Below, one piece after another: positions 1 to 10,238 of a DNA stretch of 32,000 nucleotides (positions are counted from its first letter, which is position 1; each line of letters begins with the position of its first letter). A program made the position numbers and the translations under genes. Source of the DNA: Moraxella nasicaprae (GTDB lineage: Bacteria; Pseudomonadota; Gammaproteobacteria; Pseudomonadales; Moraxellaceae); the NCBI RefSeq assembly GCF_025643275.1, contig NZ_CP089977.1, forward strand, positions 870,001 through 902,000, written 5' to 3'. The notes beneath the pieces are model-generated. The model did no database searches. It worked only from the letters and a program-made list of their open reading frames with translations, and was not told the DNA's origin.

Positions 1-82
1 ATTAGCGACATAATTCAAGCCAAGCCATTATTTTAGCAAGGATTATCAAGCTGGTCTGACTGTTAAGGAGAACGCATTTCTT

Positions 83-1288
83 ATGAAATATCATCTAAAA
101 CACGCACCTAAGGCATTGACCTTGTGCCTACTGGCTGCCACTGCAATGCCCGCCAATGCAGTATTCATCGATACGCCAGCCGTCCGTGATGGCAAACGCT
201 TTGGTATCTTTGTTAGTGTTGAGCCAACTTTGACCACCACCTCCAACAAATTTAGCTACACTTACGGCAACCCAAGCATCTATGGTGCAAATGGCACAAT
301 AGAGCAAGTGCTTGCCGACCAAGACCGCAAAGACAGTGACGAGCAGTATCGTCTGGATAATGTTGGTTATGGCTTGGTAGAATTTTACACCCAACAAAAA
401 CTGACCAAAAAGATGAGTTTAGGCGGCTCACTACTGATTCAAGCCAACCCAGACAGCCTGACCAACTTTGGTGCTTACTGGGGTACTCGCCTAGATTTTG
501 GTAGCTGGGGTGAACTGGGTAGTATCACGCTGGGCGGTCGTAACAATGGCTTGTCTGTCGGTCAAACTGGCATCAATATGCTAAACACCATCAACGATAG
601 CGGTTTTAACATCAATGGTCGTTATACTGGCATTCCTGATTTGACTTTATCCGCCTATCATATGTTCTCCCAATCTGCTGATGTACGCAACAGAAGAACA
701 GGAGGCTGGCATGACAGCAATGGTGTTTCTGCCAAATACGAATTCAACCTTGCTCCACGCAAAAATGCCACCATTGCCCTTGGTGCTAGTCGCTCCAAAG
801 GTCATGATTTACCATTTTATTGGGATGCAGCCGCTCGTGGCAAAGGTTATATGGCTGGCTTTAAAGCCCAATATAACGACCTAACTTTCGCTGCTGACTA
901 TGGCGAAAAAGAGCAAAGATTTAATGGTCTATATATTGATGACATCAACACCAAAACTTATGGGGCAAAAATCGACTACGAAATCACGCCTCGTTTGACC
1001 ACCAACATCAGCTATGGTCACAAAAAGACAAAAAACAGCAAGCCGATTGATTTTGCATTTTGGCGTGATGAATTGCAAACACCAAGCTCTAATGCAAATA
1101 TTGAAGAAAAACTATTCAATCAAGTCAAACAAGACCGCTATGGTTTGGGTGTGAATTACCAAATCTACAAAGGATTTAGCGTCAATGGTTCTGTTAATAG
1201 CACCAAAACTCGCAACTATGTAGCCGAAGGTGAATTTAGTAAACGGGAACGACTTGATGTGAATGTTGGTGCATCATTTAGCTTCTAA
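83..1288 (+). CDS. Outer-membrane general porin, paralogue 1 (beta-barrel)
   Basis: The 401-aa ORF has an AAGGAG Shine-Dalgarno (SD) site at 65-70. The N-terminal signal peptide ends ...AMPANA. The sequence has alternating beta-strand-like composition rich in G/Y/N/T and ends SFSF (aromatic terminal residue typical of OM barrels). Confidence 0.8.
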   Translation: MKYHLKHAPKALTLCLLAATAMPANAVFIDTPAVRDGKRFGIFVSVEPTLTTTSNKFSYTYGNPSIYGANGTIEQVLADQDRKDSDEQYRLDNVGYGLVEFYTQQKLTKKMSLGGSLLIQANPDSLTNFGAYWGTRLDFGSWGELGSITLGGRNNGLSVGQTGINMLNTINDSGFNINGRYTGIPDLTLSAYHMFSQSADVRNRRTGGWHDSNGVSAKYEFNLAPRKNATIALGASRSKGHDLPFYWDAAARGKGYMAGFKAQYNDLTFAADYGEKEQRFNGLYIDDINTKTYGAKIDYEITPRLTTNISYGHKKTKNSKPIDFAFWRDELQTPSSNANIEEKLFNQVKQDRYGLGVNYQIYKGFSVNGSVNSTKTRNYVAEGEFSKRERLDVNVGASFSF

Positions 1289-1324
1289 TTTTTAACTTTA
1301 TTTTAATTATGAAAGGATTTTATC

Positions 1325-2596
1325 ATGACTAAGCAAGCCACTTTTCGTCTAACTAAGCTAGCTTTGGCAGCTTCTGCACTGGGCATGGCATTCAACGCCA
1401 ACGCCATTTTTAACCTATACAATAAAGATGGTCTAAGCCTAGACATCAATGGTCAAATTGATATTCAAGCCACCAAGAATGACCGCACTCACACCCTATT
1501 GCAAGATGGTGCTGACTTGGTATATACCCAAGCTGGTACTTTGCAATTTGCCAACACCTCAAAAGCTGGTGCAGTCATTGACAGTACTGACAAAGAAACT
1601 CGCCTAAACCAAAATCAAGGCGTATCTTTCATCGATTTTCGTGGTTCACAAAAACTACCAAATGACTGGCGTGTCACTGGTAATGTTGGCACAGGATACA
1701 GCGATGACCGCAATCTATACCTGTCTAATTCTAGCTTGTCTTTGGACAAAAAAGGCATCGGTGCCATTACTTTGGGTCGTCAATACCTACACACCAACTA
1801 TGTAGGTCGCACTGGCACAGACACGCCACTAGACATTTTTAGCACCTCAGCACTTCGCCTAGACTACTACGGCATCAAAGGCTTACACGCCAGTGCTTAT
1901 TATAGTCTGGCAGGCAGCAACGATGTTCGTAAAGAAAATAACACCGAGCTAGAATCTGGCTATGGTGCGTCATTAAGCTATCGCTTCCCATTCTCTGATA
2001 AGCAATATGTGCGTTTTGGTGCAGGCTACACCCAAAGTGACTTTAACCCTGTGACTACGGGTAATGCATGGTTTAGCAACCAAAACACCCTAAACCGCTA
2101 TCCACAAGAGGCACAAGGCGTGGCTGGCTCTTTGGAATACAAATACGACAGATTCCTAATCGCTGCTGATGTTGGTCAGAAAAAAGAAACCATGTCAAAA
2201 AGCGAAAAAACACCGCTAGACACTCGCAAAACTGACTATCTGGGCGGTAAAGTTTCTTTTGACATCAATCCGATTTTCCAAGTCAGTGCAGGCTATGGCG
2301 TGAAAAAAGCCAAAACCACGCTAAAAGCTGGTGCAACACCACTGACCAACGACATCAATTCGATTTTCTTGGGTCATAGTGCATTCCACCCATCATTTGT
2401 TGGCTTGCAAGAAATGTATCTGTTTGATAAAGCAGACACCAAAGAGTTCTATGTTCAAGCTGACTATCGTATCCGCCCAAATGTTCGCCTGTACGGTCGC
2501 TATGATGAAGAAAATACCACCTACAAAGTGGGCGGTACTGATTTTAGCAAAGTTGAAGACAGAAACGCTCGTGCAGGCTTGGTATTTAGCTTCTAA
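1325..2596 (+). CDS. Outer-membrane general porin, paralogue 2 (classical Gram-negative porin-like)
   Basis: The 423-aa ORF starts 36 nt after paralogue 1 with no terminator between them. Its signal peptide ends ...AFNANA. The mature N-terminus IFNLYNKDGLSLDINGQID resembles the YNKDGNKLDLYGK start of general porins. The C-terminus is LVFSF. Confidence 0.85.
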   Translation: MTKQATFRLTKLALAASALGMAFNANAIFNLYNKDGLSLDINGQIDIQATKNDRTHTLLQDGADLVYTQAGTLQFANTSKAGAVIDSTDKETRLNQNQGVSFIDFRGSQKLPNDWRVTGNVGTGYSDDRNLYLSNSSLSLDKKGIGAITLGRQYLHTNYVGRTGTDTPLDIFSTSALRLDYYGIKGLHASAYYSLAGSNDVRKENNTELESGYGASLSYRFPFSDKQYVRFGAGYTQSDFNPVTTGNAWFSNQNTLNRYPQEAQGVAGSLEYKYDRFLIAADVGQKKETMSKSEKTPLDTRKTDYLGGKVSFDINPIFQVSAGYGVKKAKTTLKAGATPLTNDINSIFLGHSAFHPSFVGLQEMYLFDKADTKEFYVQADYRIRPNVRLYGRYDEENTTYKVGGTDFSKVEDRNARAGLVFSF

Positions 2597-2628
2597 TCCA
2601 ACCTTTTTTGACATTTGAGCAATATGGC

Positions 2629-2661
2629 GTGGTTTTTGGACAATCATTTGCCAAAAACCAC
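2629..2661 (+). terminator. Perfect 11-bp hairpin after the porin pair, without a clear U-tract
   Basis: GTGGTTTTTGG (2629-2639) pairs with CCAAAAACCAC (2651-2661) around an 11-nt loop. No T-run follows, so function as an intrinsic terminator is uncertain. Confidence 0.4.
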
Positions 2662-2692
2662 CACACAAGGAATACATATTTAGGATAATGCA

Positions 2693-5296
2693 ATGAAAAC
2701 ACTCAAAAAAAGTGCTTTGGCAATCGCAGTCATGTCCTGCCTAAGTCTGAGCAGTCATGCTGCTGATGACACCAGCACCAACAAAGCAAGTAAATTTGCC
2801 TACCCAGAAACTCGGGTTCATCAAGATGACCTAGACCCATTTTTGTTTGGCGAATTTGGTATGTCTGCCAATACCGCAGCCAGTAGCAATGGTATGCATG
2901 ACCCATCAGTACACCAACCTGATGATGGTGTTGATAGCTACATTGGCGGTGTTGATGTGGATAAATATCGCTGGTTGGAGAATTATGACCCAATCAACCC
3001 AGCCCAAGCCAAAGAGTACACCGAAGACCGTCAAAGAAACTTCATCGGCACACACGCTGAGGACGATCGTGGTTTGGCAGCAGAGGCGATTAGCTCTTTG
3101 CAAATCGTACCACCAAAATCATCAAGTGAAGTTAATGACTGGGTCAATGCCCAAAATGCTCTGACCGAAAACTACATTAAAAACTTGCCTGTCTATGAGT
3201 CGTTCAAAAAGAACGCCAAGAGTTTGCAAGACCGTGAGCACACTTACAGCACCATCACTCGTGAGGGCGTGGGAGAATTTCGCTACTACCGCCACGAAGA
3301 TGGCTTTAAGCGTGTTTCGCTGACTCGTGAAGATGGTTCTGTGATTGAGCTGGTGAATGAAAAAAATCTATCTATTCCAGAACGCAATGTCAATGCTGTG
3401 ATGAGCAGCTTTAAAGTCAGTAAAGGCGGTTCGTACATCTCATTTGTGGTGCGACACGGTCGTTCAGACGCTGACCCTTACTTTATTCATGTGCTTGACA
3501 GCAAAACAGGCGAGCTTGCCACACCAATCATTGGACGCATCAACCGCTCCAATCCAGCTCACACTTGGATTGATGACACCAGTCTGATGTATGCCGCCAT
3601 TGAACAATATCGCTCTTTGGTATTTAGACGAGATATTGGCAAAAAACGCTTCAATGACCCCATTGAAGTACCACTCAACCACATTGATGGTGCCAGCGTC
3701 AATAAAATCTCATTGTATGGCGATGATAAACGCTACATCGTGATGGATGTCTATGACAGTGGCGATACGGTTTATATCAAAGACCGTAAAACAGGCAATG
3801 CCTATCGCCTACATAACCAAGATTTTTATAACAAAGTCGTCAGATATAATTCAAGCTTTAACAATAATATCTTGGCAAAATTTGTCCATTTTGAGCCAAA
3901 AACTGGCGATGTATGGTTCATCAGTGGTGAAAATAACCGCAAAGGCGAAATCATCAAAAGCAACATCAAAAACCTAAAACACCGTGAGGTGGTCGTTCCT
4001 GCCATCGATGGCTATGACATCATGCGTGAGGCGTATTATCATGAAGAAGGCGATGGCTATTTCCTCATCAGCCTACTCAAAGATGGTGTCAGTCGTCTGT
4101 TGTTGGTTGATGCCAAGACCGCCAACATCGTCAAAGACCTAACCCCTGCTGAGGGTGCTGGTATCATCAACAATCTATCAGGCAATGTCGTTGGTGAAGA
4201 AAAAAACCCTGACGACGAGATTGACTATGATGATGCTGAAAGTGGCGAAAACTATGTCAAATTCAGTTTCTCAAACCCAACTTTCCCAGAGACGGACTAC
4301 AAATATAGCATCGCCAAAGACCAATTCTTGGACATTCGCCGTCATGATTTAACACCATTTGACCATACCAAATATGAGACCAAAACCGTGTTCTATCATT
4401 CAACTGATGGCACCAAAGTTCCAATGAACATCAGTTACAAAAAAGGCATCAAACTTGATGGCAACAACCCAACCATGCTGTACGGCTACGGTGGCTATGG
4501 GGTCATCTACGACCAACAATTTGGCTTCCCTGCCAATACCGAATGGCTTGAAAATGGTGGCGTATGGGCTCACGCATTCATTCGTGGTGGTGGCGAGTAT
4601 GGCGATGATTGGCAAAATGCTGCCAAACACACCAATCGCTTGATTGGCTATGATGATTTTGCAGCAGCGGCAGACTATCTCAACGAAAAAGGCTATGCCA
4701 ACCCAAATCATCTTGCCATCATTGGTGGCTCTAATGGTGGTCTATTGGTTGGTGCTGCGATGGTTCGTCACCCTGACAAATACCGTGTGGCTATCCCAGA
4801 GGTGGGCGTATTTGACCAGTTCCGCCACGAAAAAGCAGGGGTAACGCAATACTGGATGGAAGAGTATGGCACACCAGAAGAAGGTCGCTATACCTATAAT
4901 ATCCTAAAAAGCTACTCGCCTTATCACAACTTGCACAAAGGCACTTGCTATCCATCAACATTGATTGCCACTTCTAAGCGTGACGACCGTGTTGTGCCAT
5001 CGCATTCTTATCGCTTTGCTGCTGCCTTGCAAGAGGCTCAAAGTTGTGACCGTCCAGCATTCCTACACGCTGCCGAGGACGCAGGACATAGTCCAAATAC
5101 CTATGCAGAACGCAATGAGCGAGACCTACAGGTAATGGCGTTTGCACTGGGCGAAATGGGCGTAACCAGCGTTCCTGTTATCGAATATCGTCCATCGCTT
5201 GATGAGATGAAAACTGAAAAATGGCGTGCCGAAGATGCCAAAAAGCGTGAACGGCTGACCAAAAAACAAGCGGAAAAATCAACCAACACTCAATGA
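2693..5296 (+). CDS. Secreted prolyl oligopeptidase (S9A family serine peptidase)
   Basis: This is an 867-aa ORF. The signal peptide ends ...SLSSHA. It has the N-terminal YRWLEN motif typical of prolyl endopeptidases and the catalytic GGSNGGLL (GxSxGG) serine motif, followed by D and H regions (RDDRV, AGHS). The tail is lysine-rich. Confidence 0.9.
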   Translation: MKTLKKSALAIAVMSCLSLSSHAADDTSTNKASKFAYPETRVHQDDLDPFLFGEFGMSANTAASSNGMHDPSVHQPDDGVDSYIGGVDVDKYRWLENYDPINPAQAKEYTEDRQRNFIGTHAEDDRGLAAEAISSLQIVPPKSSSEVNDWVNAQNALTENYIKNLPVYESFKKNAKSLQDREHTYSTITREGVGEFRYYRHEDGFKRVSLTREDGSVIELVNEKNLSIPERNVNAVMSSFKVSKGGSYISFVVRHGRSDADPYFIHVLDSKTGELATPIIGRINRSNPAHTWIDDTSLMYAAIEQYRSLVFRRDIGKKRFNDPIEVPLNHIDGASVNKISLYGDDKRYIVMDVYDSGDTVYIKDRKTGNAYRLHNQDFYNKVVRYNSSFNNNILAKFVHFEPKTGDVWFISGENNRKGEIIKSNIKNLKHREVVVPAIDGYDIMREAYYHEEGDGYFLISLLKDGVSRLLLVDAKTANIVKDLTPAEGAGIINNLSGNVVGEEKNPDDEIDYDDAESGENYVKFSFSNPTFPETDYKYSIAKDQFLDIRRHDLTPFDHTKYETKTVFYHSTDGTKVPMNISYKKGIKLDGNNPTMLYGYGGYGVIYDQQFGFPANTEWLENGGVWAHAFIRGGGEYGDDWQNAAKHTNRLIGYDDFAAAADYLNEKGYANPNHLAIIGGSNGGLLVGAAMVRHPDKYRVAIPEVGVFDQFRHEKAGVTQYWMEEYGTPEEGRYTYNILKSYSPYHNLHKGTCYPSTLIATSKRDDRVVPSHSYRFAAALQEAQSCDRPAFLHAAEDAGHSPNTYAERNERDLQVMAFALGEMGVTSVPVIEYRPSLDEMKTEKWRAEDAKKRERLTKKQAEKSTNTQ

Positions 5297-5304
5297 TTTT
5301 TCAC

Positions 5305-5340
5305 AAAAAAATGACCCAATGATTGTTTGGGTCATTTTTT
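5305..5340. terminator. Bidirectional rho-independent terminator between convergent genes
   Basis: A6-ATGACCCAA-loop(7)-TTGGGTCAT-T6. The A-run on one side and T-run on the other would serve both strands. Confidence 0.75.
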
Positions 5341-5346
5341 ACATCA

Positions 5347-5664
5347 TTAGCGGTCAATGCGTTTGTAGATAACAGCACCTGTTTTGGCATCAATCTTAAC
5401 ATCATACTCAGTATTACCTTTTCTGACTTCAACATCATAATGCGGACGACCATCGTGGTCAAAATCAATACTGGTAACACGACCACCACCAACGGCACGC
5501 ACAGCGATTTGTTTGGCTTTTTGGCTAGAAATCTTGGCGGTTTGTTTGGCTTTGTACTCCGCTCTATCCTCCCAATCATCATCAGCATGAGCGATGCTTG
5601 GCATATTTAGGGCAGAAATAGCAACCAAAGCAGATAATAGTAATTTTTTCATTGTATTCTCCAA
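5347..5664 (-). CDS. PepSY domain-containing periplasmic protein
   Basis: This is a 105-aa ORF. The signal peptide is MKKLLLSALVAISALNMPSIAHA. The C-terminal YDVEVRKGNTEYDVKIDAKTGAVI is a typical PepSY beta-hairpin pattern. Confidence 0.75.
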   Translation of the reverse strand: MENTMKKLLLSALVAISALNMPSIAHADDDWEDRAEYKAKQTAKISSQKAKQIAVRAVGGGRVTSIDFDHDGRPHYDVEVRKGNTEYDVKIDAKTGAVIYKRIDR

Positions 5665-5867
5665 TTATAAACAAAATTCATCAAATCATCGACCTGATGA
5701 GGTGTATTATAATGGGCAAAACTTAAATTAAACTGAAACCGTGTTGATAATTTTTAATTGGTCAAATTGATTTATTTGATGATTTAACGCATTGTAACAA
5801 TACCATCAAGGCTTTGTGGTAAAATACAATTCATGACAGATAACCAAGCATTGATTAGGATAATCTT

Positions 5868-7229
5868 ATGACAACTCCTCTAAACATCATCATCTTGGGT
5901 GCTGGCAAAGGCACTCGCATGAAATCCACTCGCCCAAAAGTTCTGCAAACTTTGGCAGGTAAGGCACTCATCGAGCATGTACTAGACACCTGTCAAACAC
6001 TCCATGCTGACAACACAATCGTGGTGTACGGTTTTGGCGGTCAGATGGTGCAAGATGCTTTGGCAAACCGCACGCTACATTGGGCAGAACAAAGTGAGCA
6101 GCTTGGCACAGGACACGCTGTCAAGATGGCATTGCCACACCTGCCTAAAACTGGCAAAAGCCTGATTTTGTATGGCGATGTGCCACTGACCACCGCTCAG
6201 ACTTTGCAAAATCTATTGACCGCCAACACCCAAGGCATCAGCATGCTGACCCTAGAAGTCGCCAATCCATTTGGCTTAGGTCGCATCGTGCGTGACAACG
6301 GTCAAGTCATCGCCATCGTTGAACAAAAAGATGCCACGCCAGCACAACAACAAATCAAAGAAATCAACAGCGGTATCTATTGTGTGGACAACGCCCTCTT
6401 GCACGACTATCTACCTAAGCTAAGTAATGACAATGCACAAGGCGAATACTACCTGACTGACATCATCAAAATGGCGGTAGATGATGGCATTGAAATCGCC
6501 ACCATCAGTCCAGAGCATGAATTCGAAATCGAAGGGGTAAACGACCGCATTCAGCTTGCCAACCTAGAACGCACTTGGCAAGCCCACCAAATCCACACTC
6601 TACAATTAGCTGGTGTACAATTTGCCGACCCAAACCGTGTGGACATTCGTGGCAAATTGCAATGCGGTCAAGATGTGTTCATCGATATTAACACCGTCTT
6701 TGCAGGCGATGTGGTGCTGGGCAATGGCGTACAGATTGATGCTGGTACTATCATCAGCAATTCACGCATTGGCGATGGCACGCACATCAAGCCAAATTGT
6801 GTGATTGATGACAGTCAAATCGGTGCAAACGCCAGCATTGGTCCTTTTGCCCATTTACGCCCAAAAACACAGCTTGCCGATAAGGTTAAGATTGGCAACT
6901 TTGTCGAAACCAAAAAATCTGTGGTCGGTGCTGGCTCAAAAATCAACCATCTAAGCTATGTGGGCGATAGTCAAGTCGGTACAGGCGTGAATGTCGGTGC
7001 TGGTGTCATCACCTGCAACTACGATGGCGTGAATAAATTTACCACCATCATTGATGATAATGCCTTTGTGGGCAGTAATTCTAGTCTGGTTGCTCCTGTC
7101 AAAATTGGCAAAAACGCCACCGTTGCGGCAGGTTCGGTCATCACCAAAGACACACCAGATGACAAACTTGTGATTGCCAGAAGTCGTCAAAGTGTCATTG
7201 ATGGCTGGCAACGCCCCACCAAAAAATAA
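5868..7229 (+). CDS. glmU: Bifunctional UDP-N-acetylglucosamine pyrophosphorylase / glucosamine-1-phosphate N-acetyltransferase
   Basis: The 453-aa ORF has the LGAGKGTRMKS nucleotidyltransferase motif. The C-terminal half carries left-handed beta-helix hexapeptide repeats (IGDGTHIKPNCVI..., VGTGVNVGAGVITCNYDG). Confidence 0.97.
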   Translation: MTTPLNIIILGAGKGTRMKSTRPKVLQTLAGKALIEHVLDTCQTLHADNTIVVYGFGGQMVQDALANRTLHWAEQSEQLGTGHAVKMALPHLPKTGKSLILYGDVPLTTAQTLQNLLTANTQGISMLTLEVANPFGLGRIVRDNGQVIAIVEQKDATPAQQQIKEINSGIYCVDNALLHDYLPKLSNDNAQGEYYLTDIIKMAVDDGIEIATISPEHEFEIEGVNDRIQLANLERTWQAHQIHTLQLAGVQFADPNRVDIRGKLQCGQDVFIDINTVFAGDVVLGNGVQIDAGTIISNSRIGDGTHIKPNCVIDDSQIGANASIGPFAHLRPKTQLADKVKIGNFVETKKSVVGAGSKINHLSYVGDSQVGTGVNVGAGVITCNYDGVNKFTTIIDDNAFVGSNSSLVAPVKIGKNATVAAGSVITKDTPDDKLVIARSRQSVIDGWQRPTKK

Positions 7230-7234
7230 GTTGT

Positions 7235-7277
7235 AAAAAAATAAGCACAATCCTTCGTGGTTGTGCTTATTTTTTTA
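7235..7277. terminator. Bidirectional rho-independent terminator (glmU / rnr convergent)
   Basis: A6-ATAAGCACAA-loop(10)-TTGTGCTTAT-T7. Confidence 0.75.
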
Positions 7278-7291
7278 GATGATGATTTTCA

Positions 7292-9553
7292 TCAATCTTT
7301 GCTTTTGCGTCTGCTTTTTTTGCGTGATTTTTTGGCTTTTGGACGCTCATTAATCTCATCTAATTTTTCCACTAAAGCAAAATCAATTTGCAATAAATCC
7401 ATATTCACGCCAGCAACTTTGATAATGAGTGTATCGCCCAAGCCAAATGTTGCCCCATTATCGCCTAATAATTTTTGTTGTTTTTCATCATAAGTAAAAT
7501 AACTATCACCCAATCCAGAGATATGAATCAAGCCTTCGATGAATAACTCATTGAGCGTAACAAACAGCCCAAAATTGGTCACGGTGGACACAATGGCGGT
7601 AAATTCATCGCCAATATGACGCTGCATATAGTGGCATTTTAGCCAAGTTTCCACCTCTCGTGATGCCTCTTCGGCACGCCGTTCGGTGGTGCTGGTCTGC
7701 TCGCCTGCCTCGTCCAAAGAAGCATAAATCGGCTGAACAGGTTTTTGTTTGGTGACTTTGTCTTTGATGGCACGATGCAACATCAAATCAGGATAGCGAC
7801 GGATTGGACTGGTAAAATGACTGTACTCATCGTACGCCAAGCCAAAATGACCGATATTATCAGGGCTATAATTTGCCTGCATCATCGAACGCAAAAGCAT
7901 ACTATGAATACTGATGGCATCAGGTCGGTCGGCAGTCGCCTTGATGATGCGTTGATAGTCCTCGTGTGTGGGCGATTCTGACGGAAAAGACAACCCCAAA
8001 CTTTTGGCATATTCGTGCAGTCTGAGCGTTTTTTCGTCATTGGGTTTATCATGATTGCGATACAGCACAGGCAATTCATGTTTTAGGGCAAAGTTTGCCG
8101 CACAAGTATTGGCAAGCAGCATACACTCTTCGATGAGCTTGTGAGCATCGCCACGAGTACGAGCGACAATATCGACAATATCGCCATCTTCGCCAAATTT
8201 AATATAAGTCTCTGCCGTCTCAAAAGCCATCGCCCCTCGCTCTTCACGGCGAGCGTCCAGCACCTGATACAACTGATGCAAAGTATCAATCGATTTTAGC
8301 ACCTCAGGATTTTTGACCAAAGCATCAGGTAAAGTCTGGTTGGTTGGGTCATCAAAATAGGCATTGACCTGATTGTAAGTCAATCTGGCTTTTGAGTGCA
8401 TGATTGCAGGGTAAAACTCATAGGCGGTGATTTTGCCCGCTCGGGATAATTTCATATCCGCCACCATGCACAGTCTGTCCACATTGGGATTGAGCGAACA
8501 CAAATCATTGGACAGCTCTTCTGGCAACATCGGAATCACACGATGAGGAAAATATACCGAAGTGCCTCGTTCATAAGCATCAATATCCAAAGGCGAATTT
8601 GGCGTCACATAATGGCTGACATCAGCGATGGCGACCACCACTCGGTAGTTGCCCCCCGCTCGCTTACAGGCAAAAACTGCGTCATCAAAATCTCTTGAAT
8701 CCTCGCCATCGATGGTGACCAATGGCAACTCTCGCAAATCCACACGCCCCTGAAAATCTTGCTTACTTGGCTTGTCATAGTTTTGGGCTTGGGCGATGGT
8801 TTCATCACTAAATTGGTGTGGAATGGCGTGATTATACAGCGTGGTTTCGATAATCAGCTCTCTATCATTTAGACCGCTTAATAGCTCGGTAATCTTGCCT
8901 GTGGCGTATTCTTGATAGGTCGGATAGTCAATCAAAGACACCTTAACATCATCGCCAATGCCAGCTTTCATGGCAGCGACATTCTCATCAGTCACCGTGA
9001 TGGGCTGATGGGCATTCACGCCTTGCAACTGAACAAAATAGCCCTCGCCATCATATTCTAGTCGCCCCACAAACTCATGTTGCTTGCGTTCGATGACCGA
9101 CCCAATACGAGCCTCAGGTCTGCCCTTATATTCGCTGGCGATTGCCTCAACCTTATCGCCATCAAAGACCACACGCATTTGTTTTTCATGCACGAATAAA
9201 TCTGGCATATCATCAAGCACCACAAAACCAAAACCTTTGGCATTGGCGGCAATGGTTCCTGTCACGACCGTTGGCAAGGGAGCGATGCTATAATGAAAAC
9301 CATCTAGGCGTTCTAATTGACCATCACGCAGCATGGCTTTGAGTCGATTGGTCAAAGCAAAAAATCGATCTTCATCGTCCAAAAATCCAAAATGACTTGC
9401 CAAAGACTCTTGGGTGGCAGCTTCGCCAGCATTGGTCATCTGAGCGACTGTCTGCAAAATCAATAACCGAGACGGAATGGGGTTTTGATATTTTTGAGCC
9501 TCTGCGATGGCATTGGGGTCATTCCATGTGCTTTTTTTTGTTTTGTTTGTCAT
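7292..9553 (-). CDS. rnr: Ribonuclease R (3'-5' exoribonuclease)
   Basis: The 753-aa ORF has the RNB catalytic motif TIDGEDSRDFDDAV. A C-terminal S1 domain (EFTAIVSTVTNFGLFVTL) is followed by a basic K/R-rich tail. Confidence 0.95.
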   Translation of the reverse strand: MTNKTKKSTWNDPNAIAEAQKYQNPIPSRLLILQTVAQMTNAGEAATQESLASHFGFLDDEDRFFALTNRLKAMLRDGQLERLDGFHYSIAPLPTVVTGTIAANAKGFGFVVLDDMPDLFVHEKQMRVVFDGDKVEAIASEYKGRPEARIGSVIERKQHEFVGRLEYDGEGYFVQLQGVNAHQPITVTDENVAAMKAGIGDDVKVSLIDYPTYQEYATGKITELLSGLNDRELIIETTLYNHAIPHQFSDETIAQAQNYDKPSKQDFQGRVDLRELPLVTIDGEDSRDFDDAVFACKRAGGNYRVVVAIADVSHYVTPNSPLDIDAYERGTSVYFPHRVIPMLPEELSNDLCSLNPNVDRLCMVADMKLSRAGKITAYEFYPAIMHSKARLTYNQVNAYFDDPTNQTLPDALVKNPEVLKSIDTLHQLYQVLDARREERGAMAFETAETYIKFGEDGDIVDIVARTRGDAHKLIEECMLLANTCAANFALKHELPVLYRNHDKPNDEKTLRLHEYAKSLGLSFPSESPTHEDYQRIIKATADRPDAISIHSMLLRSMMQANYSPDNIGHFGLAYDEYSHFTSPIRRYPDLMLHRAIKDKVTKQKPVQPIYASLDEAGEQTSTTERRAEEASREVETWLKCHYMQRHIGDEFTAIVSTVTNFGLFVTLNELFIEGLIHISGLGDSYFTYDEKQQKLLGDNGATFGLGDTLIIKVAGVNMDLLQIDFALVEKLDEINERPKAKKSRKKSRRKSKD

Positions 9554-9703
9554 AATTACCTTAACGATTAATATGTTTGTATTTTTTACATCTTTGTGAT
9601 TATTGTATCATATCCCACACCAAATGTTGGCGGATAATGTGTGAAAACTTGGCGATGATTTTGTTAAAATAGTCATCAATCATCACCAATCAAGAGTAGC
9701 CCA

Positions 9704-10204
9704 ATGAATTCACCACAAGTGCTTGATTTACCAATCCTTTCTTATACCGATGAGCAAAAACAGCGGCTTGCTTATGCCATCGCCCAGCTTGAACAACAAG
9801 TGTTGCCAGAAGATGCTTGGCATGACGATGCCATCAATGAGATGTTTGGGCAGTTTGGTGTGGGCGTGCTGGCGGTCTATGCCACAACTGACGAATCCGT
9901 CAATCAGCTCATCGGCTACTGCTTGTATCAATCGGTTTTTGAGTTAGCAGAAATCCATCGCATTGGTACAATGCCGTCCTTTGCCAGACAAGGTGTTGCC
10001 ACCGCCTTGCTTCAAGCATTGTTTGATAAACTTGGCAATGATGACACAACCCAACGACTGCTGTTGGAAGTTAGGGCGGATAATGCACCAGCCATCGCCT
10101 TGTACACAAAGATGGGATTTGAGCAGATTGACTGTCGGATTGGCTATTACCAAACCGCAACGGGACGGATTGATGCACTGATTTTGCAACATTCCATAAA
10201 ATAA
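9704..10204 (+). CDS. rimI: Ribosomal-protein-alanine N-acetyltransferase-like GNAT
   Basis: The 166-aa ORF has GNAT motif A (ARQGVATALLQAL) and ...LEVRADNAPAIALYTKMGF, as in RimI-type enzymes. The specific substrate assignment is inferred. Confidence 0.75.
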   Translation: MNSPQVLDLPILSYTDEQKQRLAYAIAQLEQQVLPEDAWHDDAINEMFGQFGVGVLAVYATTDESVNQLIGYCLYQSVFELAEIHRIGTMPSFARQGVATALLQALFDKLGNDDTTQRLLLEVRADNAPAIALYTKMGFEQIDCRIGYYQTATGRIDALILQHSIK

Positions 10205-10225
10205 GGCTTGATAATCAAGCCTTAT
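10201..10225. terminator. Hairpin shared by convergent rimI and infC
   Basis: ATAAGGCTTGA-TAA-TCAAGCCTTAT forms an 11-bp stem with a 3-nt loop and includes the rimI stop codon. On the minus strand it is followed by TTTTA. Confidence 0.55.
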
Positions 10226-10238
10226 TCATCGAGGTGGA

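Noticed and set aside
5301-5610. Two 95-aa ORFs overlapping the PepSY gene on both strands.
   Set aside because: The 105-aa frame has a signal peptide and the PepSY motif. The others run through the terminator hairpin and have no coding signature.
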